NCBI GenBank assembly: GCA_040285825.1
Contig: JAUPSS010000007.1
Coordinates: 1,772,689-1,836,688, forward strand
DNA length: 64,000 nucleotides
Source: Eukaryota sp. TZLM1-RC
Taxonomy: Eukaryota > Protista > Metamonada: BaSk clade
Direction: 5' to 3'
This document shows, piece after piece, positions 47,584-58,564 of the stretch. The notes under the pieces are model-generated. The model searched no databases, was not told the origin of the DNA, and saw only the letters and a program-made list of their open reading frames with translations. Numbering within the stretch: the first letter of the stretch is position 1; each line of letters begins with the position of its first letter. The position numbers and the translations under genes are program-made.

Positions 47584-48323
47584 ACACCTTCTGAGGTGGA
47601 ATTAGTCTCACTTATTTTTGTCCTGAGACTAATTCTATACTGAGACTAATTTTGTGCTCAATTGTTGAATTCATTTAAAGACAATACTACACGATTCAAA
47701 ACGATTTAATAATAAAACTATTCTATGATATAACACTCATCATCATCTACATTTTCCAAAACAAAGATTGCCTGTTGGTCAACTAACTGTACCGATTCTT
47801 CTTCTGATGGCATGTGAACATCATGTTAGTTATCATTGTTGTCAACATCACTTAACTCGCGCCATGAATCATCATCATAAGTAGGTTTTTCACCATCAGA
47901 ATTGACTATATTTTTTGTGATTACAGATTTGAGCTCAGGACGCAGTTGCTCGATAGACCATACTCTGTTGTCATTCACACCAAGTCCAACATTCCAACAT
48001 TGCTACTCGAGCGTACGAAACGCCGTTTCCCTTTGTTCTGACAGATTCACCTATTTCATTTGTCAATTGCAGAAAGCATCTTGTACTTAATTTTATTCGC
48101 AAATCTGTGTCAAATTTGTTATTTCAGATTTCATTATTAATGTTAATAAATGAATTATTTTCTTCATCGGACTAAATCAATTAAAATTACAAAAATAATT
48201 AATGAAAACCAGATTTTGTTCAGGCCAAAAATAGTCTTACACATAGATTTTGAAAAGAAGCCACGATTACTTTAACGTCACTGAGACTCATTTAGTCTTG
48301 AGACTAATTACTTCCAGCAGTGT
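47584..48323. mobile_element. non-autonomous TIR element, probably Tc1/mariner type
   Basis: TA-CAC...AATTAGTCTCA at the left end and TGAGACTAATT...CAGTG-TA at the right; internal TGAGACTAATT repeats; imperfect TIR. Confidence 0.55.
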
Positions 48324-48956
48324 ACCTCAAAGCAGTTAATAGGACATGTTTTTCTTGAACAGTATTACTGGAGTTTTGCTGTACCACCTAAACACTGTTT
48401 CTATTTTTGAGCTGAATGTGATATAATAAAATGACAAAATGCATAAGTTCCTTAACCTGTAACTGATTGTCATTTTGATAAAATTTCGATTGAGAAGATT
48501 TGCTTGAAGAAAAGAACTTATAGAAATAAGAAAATTTGGATTTGTAATGAACAGAACCTTGTACATTTGATAAAATTTTCCTTCAAATAAGCACAAAATA
48601 CTGATGAAATGTGGTTCACATTGAGGTATCAGTAACGACTTTATTTCTTATACATTTACTCATCTACGTAACCAACTAATTAGTCAGTCCATGCTCAAAG
48701 GCCTAATTCTCTATTGTTTTCAATTAGTTAAACTATCTCATGCTTATTGTATCAATCTCATAGTACAACGCACACTTGAAATGCTACTACTGGCTCGAGC
48801 AAAAACATGTTGTTAGACTTGTTCATGACCTACTGAACAAATTGAAATGTTGTTCGAGATGCAAAAAGTAATGAGAACAATAAAATACAATAATTTAATA
48901 AAAGATTGTGTTAAAAATATACAATTAAAAATCAAAGACAAAAAACAGAAACAAAC

Positions 48957-49400
48957 TCAACACCATTTACTTCTGATAAGCTGTAGCCTAGAATAAGTAA
49001 AAAAAGCCAATAAACATACATAATATCCACGAATTCTTGAGCAGAAGTAACACTTTTGTCCTTGATGAATTCATAATCATTGGCAGTAAAACAACCTAAC
49101 TCACGGAGAGCTGCTTCAAGAAGATTAGGTGGTGGCACAGGAGCTTGTACAAGTGAATGATAAAGAACTTCTAGGTCGTTGTGGTCAAAGTTAAATAAGT
49201 ATTGATCCTGCGATGAGCAAAGGAAAATCAAAACAAACATCTGTCTGAAGACGCTCCAACTCCTTTATCAAGAAGTCACGAGGAGAATCAGGTTGTTCGA
49301 ATAAGAGACGAGACATTAGATGTTCCATAAGATAGGAAAGATGGTGTTCCTTGGAATAAGATATAGCTGCTTCTTTGGCTTGTGGATCTATAATCGCCAT
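48957..49400 (-). CDS. EFCAB10-like RIIa/DPY30-type dimerisation-domain protein; introns 49208-49238 and 48988-49019
   Basis: AISYSKEHHLSYLMEHLMSRLLFEQPDSPRDFLIKELERL; removing two GT-AG introns (31 and 32 nt) gives one frame. Confidence 0.7.
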
Positions 49401-49644
49401 TTTTACAGATATTGTCTAGCAATGAAGTAAGTGTCCGTTACACTGATGTGGAGGGTCTGAATTTTGTTAACTGTCTGTGGTTTTCATTTGAATTGCATAC
49501 TTTCTTCAAGCATCATTCAAACTTATTCCAAGAACTTTCATCCTTGGTGAGATCGTCCACAGACGTTCTAGAATCGTCGAATAATATTGCCCACCAATCT
49601 CAGTGAGCCCATCTCTCCTCTAGAACAATACGTAGCTTTGAAGC

Positions 49645-49757
49645 TAGTTTCTTTGCGGTCTCTGGAACGCTTCTGGTCTTGTTCCATAGTAGTGCTCACT
49701 AATTGGAATTTCTAGCTGATTTAGTGATGCAGAAATGTATCTAGACCAAACTTCTGA
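49645..49757 (-). mobile_element. tiny Fanzor C C-terminal remnant
   Basis: EVWSRYISASLNQLEIPISEHYYGTRPEAFQRPQRN*. Confidence 0.7.
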
Positions 49758-49817
49758 GTTCTATATATTTGGTTAAGTGCACGACTTGTAGTTGACATTG
49801 AATGGGAAAATGCTACT

Positions 49818-51152
49818 ACTGTGAATTTCTATGAAAACGCACTTCTGGCTTTTGACCAATTCATGCAATCTTGATAGACGTTAAGCTTACTTTAGTTCTA
49901 TCACTATATGATATCTCGATCAAATGATAGTTAAAGCAGCAACATAACAATATGCGTACAGGTACGCAATACATGGAAAAGCACTTATCTACGGGGGTCT
50001 CTGGAACGCCTCCGGTCTTTCATTGTATCAGTGCTCACTTATGGCAATCTCAAGCTGGTTTCTGGAGGCTGAGATGTCCCTCGACCAGAGTGTCTGACAT
50101 TGAGGGCAAACAAACTTTTCATTGTTCACCCTCCCATCATCGTGATACACCTTTTGATTGAATACCTTACAGCAATTTGTTTTGGCAGATGTGTAGAATT
50201 CATCTCCATTAGGCTTCACATATGTAAAATGTTTCTAAATCTCCTTCAAAAGGCGCTTCCTTGGGGTTTTCACAGCCTGTCTTGAGGTTCCATCAGCTCC
50301 ACTGCCAAACCAAATTATGCTTTCTCTTCCATTAGCCATTAGTTTAATTATTTCAATAAATCCCATTATTCTTTTTTGCCTTCTTATAAAGTAATCAAAC
50401 TTGTTGCGGCGCAGGACTCGGCGATCTCCATTTATCAGGAGTTGGTCTAGTATAGTTTTCGGATGGAAGCCGGTATTTTTGATTTCTTCATGTGTCGGTA
50501 CCCAAAGGCAATGCTATTTCATTAAGATATTTGTGCAAATTCTTAGCAAAATAGCAATCTGGTGGTGCATGGGTCAAGACCGGTGGTTGAATGATCTTCT
50601 TTGCCTTTGGATTTAGACCAAATTCCGAAAGTTGATGGTCAACATTGTTATTATCTATTCTTGATCCAATTGAATAACCACACAAATTTTTGTAGTTGGG
50701 ATCAATTGCACAGTATGAATAATCAATTGGGTCAACTGGTGGAGGCTCATAGGCGTCGTCAGTTCTTCGACGTTGCCTAGGATGAACCTGTTGTTGAAGT
50801 CTAGAGTTTCGCTTTCGACTCTTTGCAGGAATATCGAGTTCCCCACTGGCTATGGTGGTTGCCAATTTTCTGGCTCTCCGGCGATTTTTCGTTTTTTTGG
50901 AGGCAAAGGAAAATATGAAGCGGATTGAAACAGCATCTGAACTTATTGTGCAAGTCAGATACTTCTTTTTCTGGAAAAGGCAAACGGGTCTTTCAGCAGA
51001 CAGTGGTTCGTATTAAAAGAGATACAATGCTTTTCCAGTTTTGACTACAAGAGATAAAGCCAAAAGAATAACTGGGGGATGGGCACACGGCATTTCTTCG
51101 CATGGTATGAGATGCAATACTTTCTAGAAAGGATACAATATTTAGCCCAGCA
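49818..51152 (-). mobile_element. Fanzor family C, copy 2 (5'-truncated) with 3' tail
   Basis: Homologous to 35682-37052; CAIDPN, GDEFYTSAKTNCC, CPQC, WSRDISASRNQ. Confidence 0.87.
49841..49984 (-). ncRNA. candidate omegaRNA scaffold of Fanzor C (copy 2)
   Basis: Conserved with 36886-37029. Confidence 0.6.
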
Positions 51153-51431
51153 ATGAATTTAACCTAACACCACTCAAGCAATTCATCAAGAATTGGGCCA
51201 AGCGTTGCTTTACTTGTCATAAAAACACAACTCGCAGGGTGTCCAACAAGCAAGAGACTTTAGTTGATTCCATGGTACAAAACAGTAGTATTTTGTTTCA
51301 CAAATTTGACCTTAAACTTAACCAAAGATCAATTTCAACCATCTTAGATAAGGAATTTTAAAGTTAAAAAAGGGTCATCACCACGGCTGAAGATGTGTTG
51401 TCACTGGTCTCTTTTTAAGAACTTGCAGATT

Positions 51432-51970
51432 CCTGCTGAAGGAAACACTTTCTCTGAATAATTTTGGTTCTGATGATAGAGGTGATGTATACTGTGATTG
51501 GATTGATAATTCTGAAGCTATTGTTGACTTTGTCTCATGTAATGTTGCAAATGATACTTTGGTTCACAGAAGAAAACTTAATCCTGTGACTTCTCTTGAT
51601 TTTAAAGCAAAAGAGAAACATAGAAAATATGATAAAGATATTGAAGAGGCTAATGCCGATAGAAATACACAGCTGGTTTTTATTGCTTTCCCAGTTTCGA
51701 TAAATGGAAGATTATCAGATGAAGCAGAAACTTTTTTGAATGACTTCCAAAAAATGGTGCAAGAAAAAACAATGAAAAGATTTGATATTTTTTATGGCGT
51801 TCACGGATTCAATTTGCCATTATTAATAGATTATTTCGGTTTTTCAATCGAATAAGAGAAGTTTTAGCTAGACAGCAAGCAAATCAAGATTTTGTAGAGG
51901 AAATCTTGGTTCAATGATAGTCGTCCCATTAGTTATGAGTTAATTTAATTAAGTGTGCAAATTCAATAAA
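51432..51970 (+). mobile_element. CRE-like retrotransposon 3' fragment (F2)
   Basis: Same sequence and 3' end (GTGTGCAAATTCAATAAA) as 18882-19420. Confidence 0.88.
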
Positions 51971-51994
51971 TATTAATAACTAAAGATGCGGAAA

Positions 51995-52505
51995 ATTTAC
52001 CAAAATGATACAGTTAAGCAAAAATTAATTTCACTTTTTCTCTTAAAATTTGAAAACACAAGCCTTTTTTGCCAGTGAACACGATTGAAAATTCTTTCCG
52101 TTTTTTCCTTTACAACACTGAAATCTTCAAAAAACGCCAAAGCAACATTACCTAAAAAACCGAGCAAAGAAACAACAAAAAAACATAAATTAAATTGGAC
52201 AAGAGAATTTTCATAATCACAAAAAATAATTTTCTCTTTTGTATTTTCCCCAGCAAGAAGAGTTTGATTGACAGCCGAATTAAGGAAATGGTGATCAAAA
52301 GAATTACAAGGGTCAATAGACATGGCATCTAAAATTCTGCCTTTTAAGCTTCCATTTACGCTAGGAACAGCCAAATCACCCCGAGTCAGACCCATAGAAG
52401 ATCTTTTGCAATGCGTACTATCACTGTTGGGATCTTCGAAAATAAATTTTGATAACAATGGTTCTAGAAAGGAATTTATTCGATATGATTTACACAAGAC
52501 ATAAT
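51995..52505 (-). mobile_element. CRE-like retrotransposon fragment (family F4)
   Basis: TRGDLAVP..DAMSIDPC; homologous to 53722-54384. Confidence 0.8.
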
Positions 52506-53699
52506 TTGTTGGAATATCAAGTGAACCTATATTACCATCAGTTCAAAGTACCGTATATTGGTTAGAATTGGTTCAAAAAATAGTGGGAATTTTTTAAAAG
52601 TTCCCAATGTTCCCAATGTTTTTCTAAAATTGTTGTATGTCATATTTGTGCAAAGTTGATTGAACACAGATAACAAAATTTTATAGAAACACTAAATGTA
52701 TCAACTATTGCTCTATATTGAAATGTTAGACATGGTTTTCGTCTATGTATATGCTTGATAAATCACTAATCAACGAAACGTTCTTTTAAGAAGAGAAAAA
52801 CGCCAGTATTCAAGGATTAGGTGATAAAAGAGGCAACACAGCAACACTTACAATTTCGAAAGCTGGAGATTTGCTGCCATTACAATTGATTTGGGAAGGT
52901 AAAACACAAGTCAGTGTTCCAAATTATGAATGGCCCAGTGAAGTAATTCACTCTTTATCACCAAAAAATGAGGGTGTATCAAAAGCTGCTGTTACAAAGT
53001 GGCAAAATGGACATAGTATTGTCGAGTATTTGAGATATGTAGTAGGGAATTATTTGAAACGAGTCAGAACTGAACTTAAGGAAGGGTTTAAACTTGCAGG
53101 AGTACCAATGGGCGAACCTGCGTTGATGATTTCGGATCACCACCATTCTCATAAATGTGAAAACGCTGTCCAAGTTTGCCAGGAGCTAAATATTGATCCT
53201 ATTATGATTCCTGAAAGATCAACCGATCTCTTTTGTGTCCTTGACATTTCAATAAACAAAGAAATTTAGGCCAATTTGAAAGACAGTTTTGCAGACTATT
53301 GTGCTGAACACGTCCAAGATGCATTGTCAAAGGGAGTACCTGTAGAATGCCTCAAGATGAAGTTGACCAAAGGAGCTTTGAATCACCATTTGGTAAGATG
53401 GATCATGACTGCTTTTCGTTTCTTTGAAACAAATGCGACTCAATGGATCGCGTCAGGATGGGAAAAGGTCGTTAAAAACATCTCCACTTGTCTAGAATAT
53501 GAAGCAGGTGATATCATAGAAATCAGATCAGATTTGTCTGATATTGAGTCAGAGTATGAATGATTGTAGTTTGGTTTAACTTTTGCTTATAAATGTTTGT
53601 CTTTAAAATTTGCACACGTGTTACCAAAAAGTGCACACGTGTAAACACCTTAAAAAAATGTCGGAATTGTTAAATCGTTTTCTTTTACTCAACAACAAA

Positions 53700-54770
53700 T
53701 ATGAAAACATAAAAAACACAATTAAAACTCCACATCCTCAAAACATGCCTCCCCTACATCAAAACAATTAAATGCCAAAGATTCGGAAAATTTCCCAAAA
53801 GAAGAAAGTGAATCAGAAATCAGTTTCACCATTCCCTTAAAAATAGAAAATACAATCCTGTTTTGCCAGTAAACACGATTGAAAATTTTTCCAGTTCTTT
53901 CCTTTACAACTACAACAAAATCCTCAAGGAAAGCCATACCAGCCTTACCCAAAGATCCAGGCAAAGAAAAAACAAAGGGACATAATTTATATTGGGCATG
54001 AGAATTTTCATTAATCGAGGAAATGGGTTTCGCATATTTAGCAATTTCATATTTTTCGCCTGCAAGAAGAGGATTATTTACATCCAAGTTAATGAGATGT
54101 TCGTTAGATGAATTACAAGGGTCAATAGACATGGCGTCTAAAATAGTAAAACTACCATTTAAACCGGGAACAACTAGATCACCTCTAGTCAGACCCATAG
54201 AAGCTCTGTTGTAACGCATACTATCAATATTGGGATCATCAAGAATTAATTTTGATAACAGCGGTTCTAAAAAGGAATCTACTCGATATGATTTGCACAT
54301 TACATAAATTTGGTCCCTGACGTTATTATGCACTTTGCTTCTAAATGTAATGAAATGTTTACAGTTCAAAAGATGAGTAAACAAAAGAGGTTTACCACAT
54401 TTACAAGTTAAATGATTGGGCGAATTGTTAGGCTATAGAAATCCATGAAACGCATGTTTAGAAGTTATTCATTGTTTTTTAACAAAAGTCCATAAACAAA
54501 GGGAATTTGAGTTACTAAAGCAGCAGCAGAACTATCACGAATGTCCTTTAAAAAAATACCGAAAGCGGGATTTTATGTTTTGGCCACGCCAAGTCTTACT
54601 TCGTAATCCAAGCCTTCATCTAATTTGACTAGATGGTGCCGAAGCTTTTTCAAGCAAAAACGTAAATTTGGAAGTGATCGGGTGGGAATTTCTTGAATAT
54701 TTTGAGGAAAACACTGAATCCAGATATCACTAGGCAAATTATCTAATTCAATTTGAAGTTGATTCAAATA
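53700..54770 (-). mobile_element. CRE-like retrotransposon 3' fragment (F4)
   Basis: CKCG..HLLNC, TRGDLVVPG..D..KY, YWQNRIVFSIFKG. Confidence 0.88.
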
Positions 54771-54831
54771 AAAATTTGTTAATTTTTAAATTAAATTGTT
54801 AAATTTTTTTTAATGAAAATTAATTTATTTT

Positions 54832-55180
54832 TAAAACTGGAATAATTATTGAGATAAAAAACCCATCTAGAATTCAATATCCTCCAAACAAGCGTCACTA
54901 TTACTGAACCTACTCACAGCATTACGTTCATATTCTACACCAATAGCTAAAAGTGCCTTTGAAATCATTGTTGGAATAGACTTGAAAATGCAAAAAACAA
55001 TTCTATTTAACCAGAAAGTGGAGTTCATTGTTTTACCAGACCTATTCAGTAACACTTTTTTAAAATTTTCAAAAAAGTGCAACCCTGAAGGTCCAATATT
55101 GCCAAAAAGAGAAATTGCAAACGGCACAAACTGATATTTCACATGTTCCACTCTACCTAACTGTGCCAAAGGTTCTTCAT
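54832..55180 (-). mobile_element. CRE-like retrotransposon 3' fragment (F3)
   Basis: Matches 34210-34557 with an intact frame (PFAISLFGNIGPSGLHFFENF). Confidence 0.88.
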
Positions 55181-55241
55181 AGTGGGAAAAAATTCCCACT
55201 ATTTTTTGAACCAATTCTAACCAATATACGGTATTGCAGCA

Positions 55242-55314
55242 GCCCAAATGGCTCAGTTGGTAGAGCATTCCTTTAGTAAGGGAAAGGTCCTGAGTTCGAT
55301 TCTCAGTTTGGGCA
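55242..55314 (+). tRNA. tRNA-Thr(AGT)
   Basis: GCCCAAA/TTTGGGC acceptor stem, GCTC/GAGC D arm, TTCCT-TTAGTAA-GGGAA anticodon arm, CTGAG-TTCGATT-CTCAG T arm, TTTT downstream. Confidence 0.95.
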
Positions 55315-55493
55315 ATTTTATTAGATACATGAAATAGTGAAAAAACAAGAAAGAGTTTTCAATAATGAAAAACACTAATGTTTTTCTAGAACAGAAAATA
55401 AAGTAGGTGACCACTTTTTTTGAAAATTTTTCCCAAATCATCTGAACTTATTAGATCTGCGTTCCCAACAGTACCAAAAATAAAAATTGCAAG

Positions 55494-55648
55494 TGCCTTA
55501 GCTTGCTCTATTTTTAATTAGTTTAGAATACTTTATTCTAGTGTTTGTACAATTGCGCTCTAGCGCTCAAGTCGAAGGAAACCCTTTTGCCTTCGTAATG
55601 GATTACATTGCTTTTAGGTATACTATGTAGATACTATGCAGATCATCA
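55494..55648 (+). mobile_element. solo LTR
   Basis: TG...CAGATCATCA with CAAG on both sides; same layout as the units in 37793-38112. Confidence 0.72.
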
Positions 55649-55669
55649 CAAGTGGGAAAAAATTTGATG

Positions 55670-55960
55670 TTTCTGCCTCTTGCTCTATATAAAAGTTGAA
55701 CAACAACTTCCTATTTTGATTTCTTGGAATGTTCTGAAACTTTGAGTAAATATTGAATGTCGGTATTGTAACTTCTTTTCCATGAAGATACGGTGGTAGA
55801 ATCGATAATTAGTTCAGTTTTATCATACCATGCACATTCAATATCACCTCGTTTTTGGCTCAAACTGAAGTTTAATTTATCAAACATAGGTTCTCAACAA
55901 ACTGGGTAATGAGCACATTGTAACAGATCAAAAATACCATCATGAAAAGCATTGTTTATA
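55670..55960 (-). mobile_element. old RLE retrotransposon remnant
   Basis: FHDGIF..KRGDIECAWYDKTELIIDSTTV in broken frames. Confidence 0.5.
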
Positions 55961-56579
55961 ATTGATCTTCTTTGAGTGAAAAAAAGATATTCTGAACTAT
56001 AATTAAAATATCTTAAATTATATTCTGGGACCGTTTAATAATTTCAATTACTATATCATCTCAAATTCTGACCTCAAGTTGGAAATATTGATTGAAACAA
56101 GTCATCATAGATACTTGTTTCTTTATTTGTTCCCAAACTCCACATTTGAATTGTTGACATTAACATATCTTCACTGCGGAAATATCAGTTGTAATACAAA
56201 AATAATTGCAATTCCACCACTGTCAAAATTTTTCAGACATAAGGTGTGCCTTTGGTGGATTGGTTTGCAGAATTGGCTTTGTAAGCTAAAGAACGTCTTA
56301 CAAAGAGAAGCGTTATTAGAGGGTAAAGGGAAAAAAGATGTCATTGTAACTAAAGAGAGATAGTAGGCGGGACAATGTTAAAAATCTATTTGATAGTGTT
56401 TATTAATGAATGTTATTAAAAAAAATGAACCTACGACCAAAAACATTACAAACTGTCCCTTAAAGGACTTCCATTACTTGCTTTCAATCGCGAAATTAAT
56501 TGCCTCTAAGAAAACAGCCCCAATTAAATAATTTAGTTTTTGAACCACAGCATAACTTATCAACATGAAATTTTACAAC

Positions 56580-57690
56580 CACCAAATTTTTTCAAATGAT
56601 GATGATTTATTGAATTCTGCAAGTAAAAATTATTTAAGAGACCTTGAAAATGCTTTTCATTGTTTGCCCCCTCACTTTTAGAGCAAATGCTTTCCCGATA
56701 ATGCACAGAAAATACCACCTAGAACACTAGTAAATTTGAGGTATTGTGTTAAAAACTTGCAACAAAAATTAACAATAGTTTTGAAGGCTTGGATTTTAAT
56801 GTTCGTCTTGGATTGGCCAAAAATAATTGTCCCGCTTTCGCAAATTTTCTGTTAGATGCTCAAAACAGTTCTTCTTCCTGTTTAATTACTCAAATTCCTC
56901 AAATTTTTGGTCTTCTTTTAGATGATACCATATTTTCTTGTAAAATGCGCCTTCGATGTTTCCTTGGCCTGTTGACGTACCACATAATTTCACTGGTAAA
57001 TGTGGGTCAAAAAAAATTTCCAAATCCTCTTTTTATTTGTAAACACTTTGCTACTTTCCGATCAAAAATTCATGATGTAGTTAGGGATCAACTCTATTGT
57101 ATGTCCAAAATCACACAGAATTGTTTCCTATTTAGAACCATGACTCTTTCGTTTGATTGATGAAAATAATTTAAATTCTTTTGGTCGAAATAGAGGTGAT
57201 TGGATGTTTGAAGGTCTTGAAGGAACGACTATCATTACTGATGTGAGATGCACTGATGTGTGTAATAATATTTTTATACCATTAGCTCGGTCAGAATACA
57301 TGAATCCGATGTCTGCTGTCGAAAATACTAAAATTGATAAATGTAAAACAAAGTTACTTTCTTAATGCCCAATCTCACACTCATTATGTCCTTTGTCCAT
57401 CTTCTTTTTCCCTACATGGCACGCTTGGACCACTTGCTCTATCTTTCTTGGATGATTTTGTTGAAATTGTAAAACAACGTACAGGAAGAATTTTTGACAA
57501 AACGTTTTAGCAGAACAGAATTGTATTTTTAATTGTTAAAGGTGTGGTTTCCTTATTATTTTCTGCTTTATTATCTCTTGGTTGCTTTTATGAAGGAAAA
57601 ACTTCCAGTCAATTCTTTTGGGCTGATTTGGGATATGAAGATTTAGAACTTTAAGTTTGTTGTTTATTTTTTCGGTGGAATAAATTAATA
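56580..57690 (+). mobile_element. CRE-like retrotransposon 3' fragment (family F5)
   Basis: VRLGLAK, FRSKIHDVVRDQLYCM, RNRGDW..TDV, QNRIVF. Confidence 0.83.
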
Positions 57691-58093
57691 ATAAATACAA
57701 ATTTTTTGAAAGGCAATGTTTTTATCTTTGTATTAGTTTTGTCTCTAATCATATCCTGTTACTCCCTACTATTAAGAACGACTTCACTGGGACAAGTCTC
57801 TAGTTGTAACATATAATTTATTTCATAATTAAATAATTTTAGCCTTTTTTATTTTATTTCTTGGTGGGCAATTGTGCTTGATTCTGATAATGTTTTCCAT
57901 TTCTTGACACTTTGTCAAAATCTAATTAAAAATAATGAGGACATAAAAGAGATCTATTATGTGATGCTAGCCTAAAATCTTAAAACGATTTACTATGTTG
58001 ATTTATGAAGATAGTTCAATTTAAGTTACATATACATCCATCGAAACATGCACTTTTTGAGTTACCAACAAGTGTATGTGCTATACAAATTCT

Positions 58094-58564
58094 TTATTCA
58101 ACCATTGCTCTAAACACTGGCAAACGTTGAGAACGTGGTCTCTGTGGTGGAGCTTGTATACTCTCTTCTCCCTGAAGAGCAGGTAGAATCACTATAGTAT
58201 TTTTGCTGATACTATTTATCACCACTACTTCAGACGAAAACCCTTTTGAACAGGTCAATCCTTCTCTATGCTTGTAACAACATCGGGTACCATAAAAGCA
58301 TATATATCCTGCGGCTTTTGAATGAAAGTTTCGACATTTTGTAGTTTTAAACCGTTTATGAAGTTTTCGTCCCCTTAGTTCTCGTTCACTATGAGCAAAC
58401 ACACATTTGTTCCCAAACTTGCACGATCCAAGTTCCACATAAGTGTTGCAAAATTCAGTTTTGTGCATCTGTGATCGAGGTGAAGAAGTTGCATCATCAA
58501 TGATGTTAACACCCGAAAACGTCGGAGTTGCCACTGGTGTAACTGTTCTTGAGTGAGTGGACAT
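58094..58564 (-). CDS. TIS11/ZFP36-type tandem CCCH RNA-binding protein
   Basis: HKTEFC..C..C..H and FKTTKC..C..C..H; C-terminal RLPVF NOT1-binding motif. Confidence 0.88.
   Translation of the reverse strand: MSTHSRTVTPVATPTFSGVNIIDDATSSPRSQMHKTEFCNTYVELGSCKFGNKCVFAHSERELRGRKLHKRFKTTKCRNFHSKAAGYICFYGTRCCYKHREGLTCSKGFSSEVVVINSISKNTIVILPALQGEESIQAPPQRPRSQRLPVFRAMVE

Larger units (their letters stand above)
52551..55231 (+). mobile_element. pogo/Tigger-like (DDE_1) DNA transposon with nested retrotransposons
   Basis: 45-bp TIRs CCGTATATTGGTTAGAATTGGTTCAAAAAATAGTGGGAATTTTTT (52551-52595, 55187-55231); TA on both sides; transposase remnant about 52790-53563 (LPLQLIWEGKT, ISDHHHSH, TDLFCVLDISINK). 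Confidence 0.88.
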
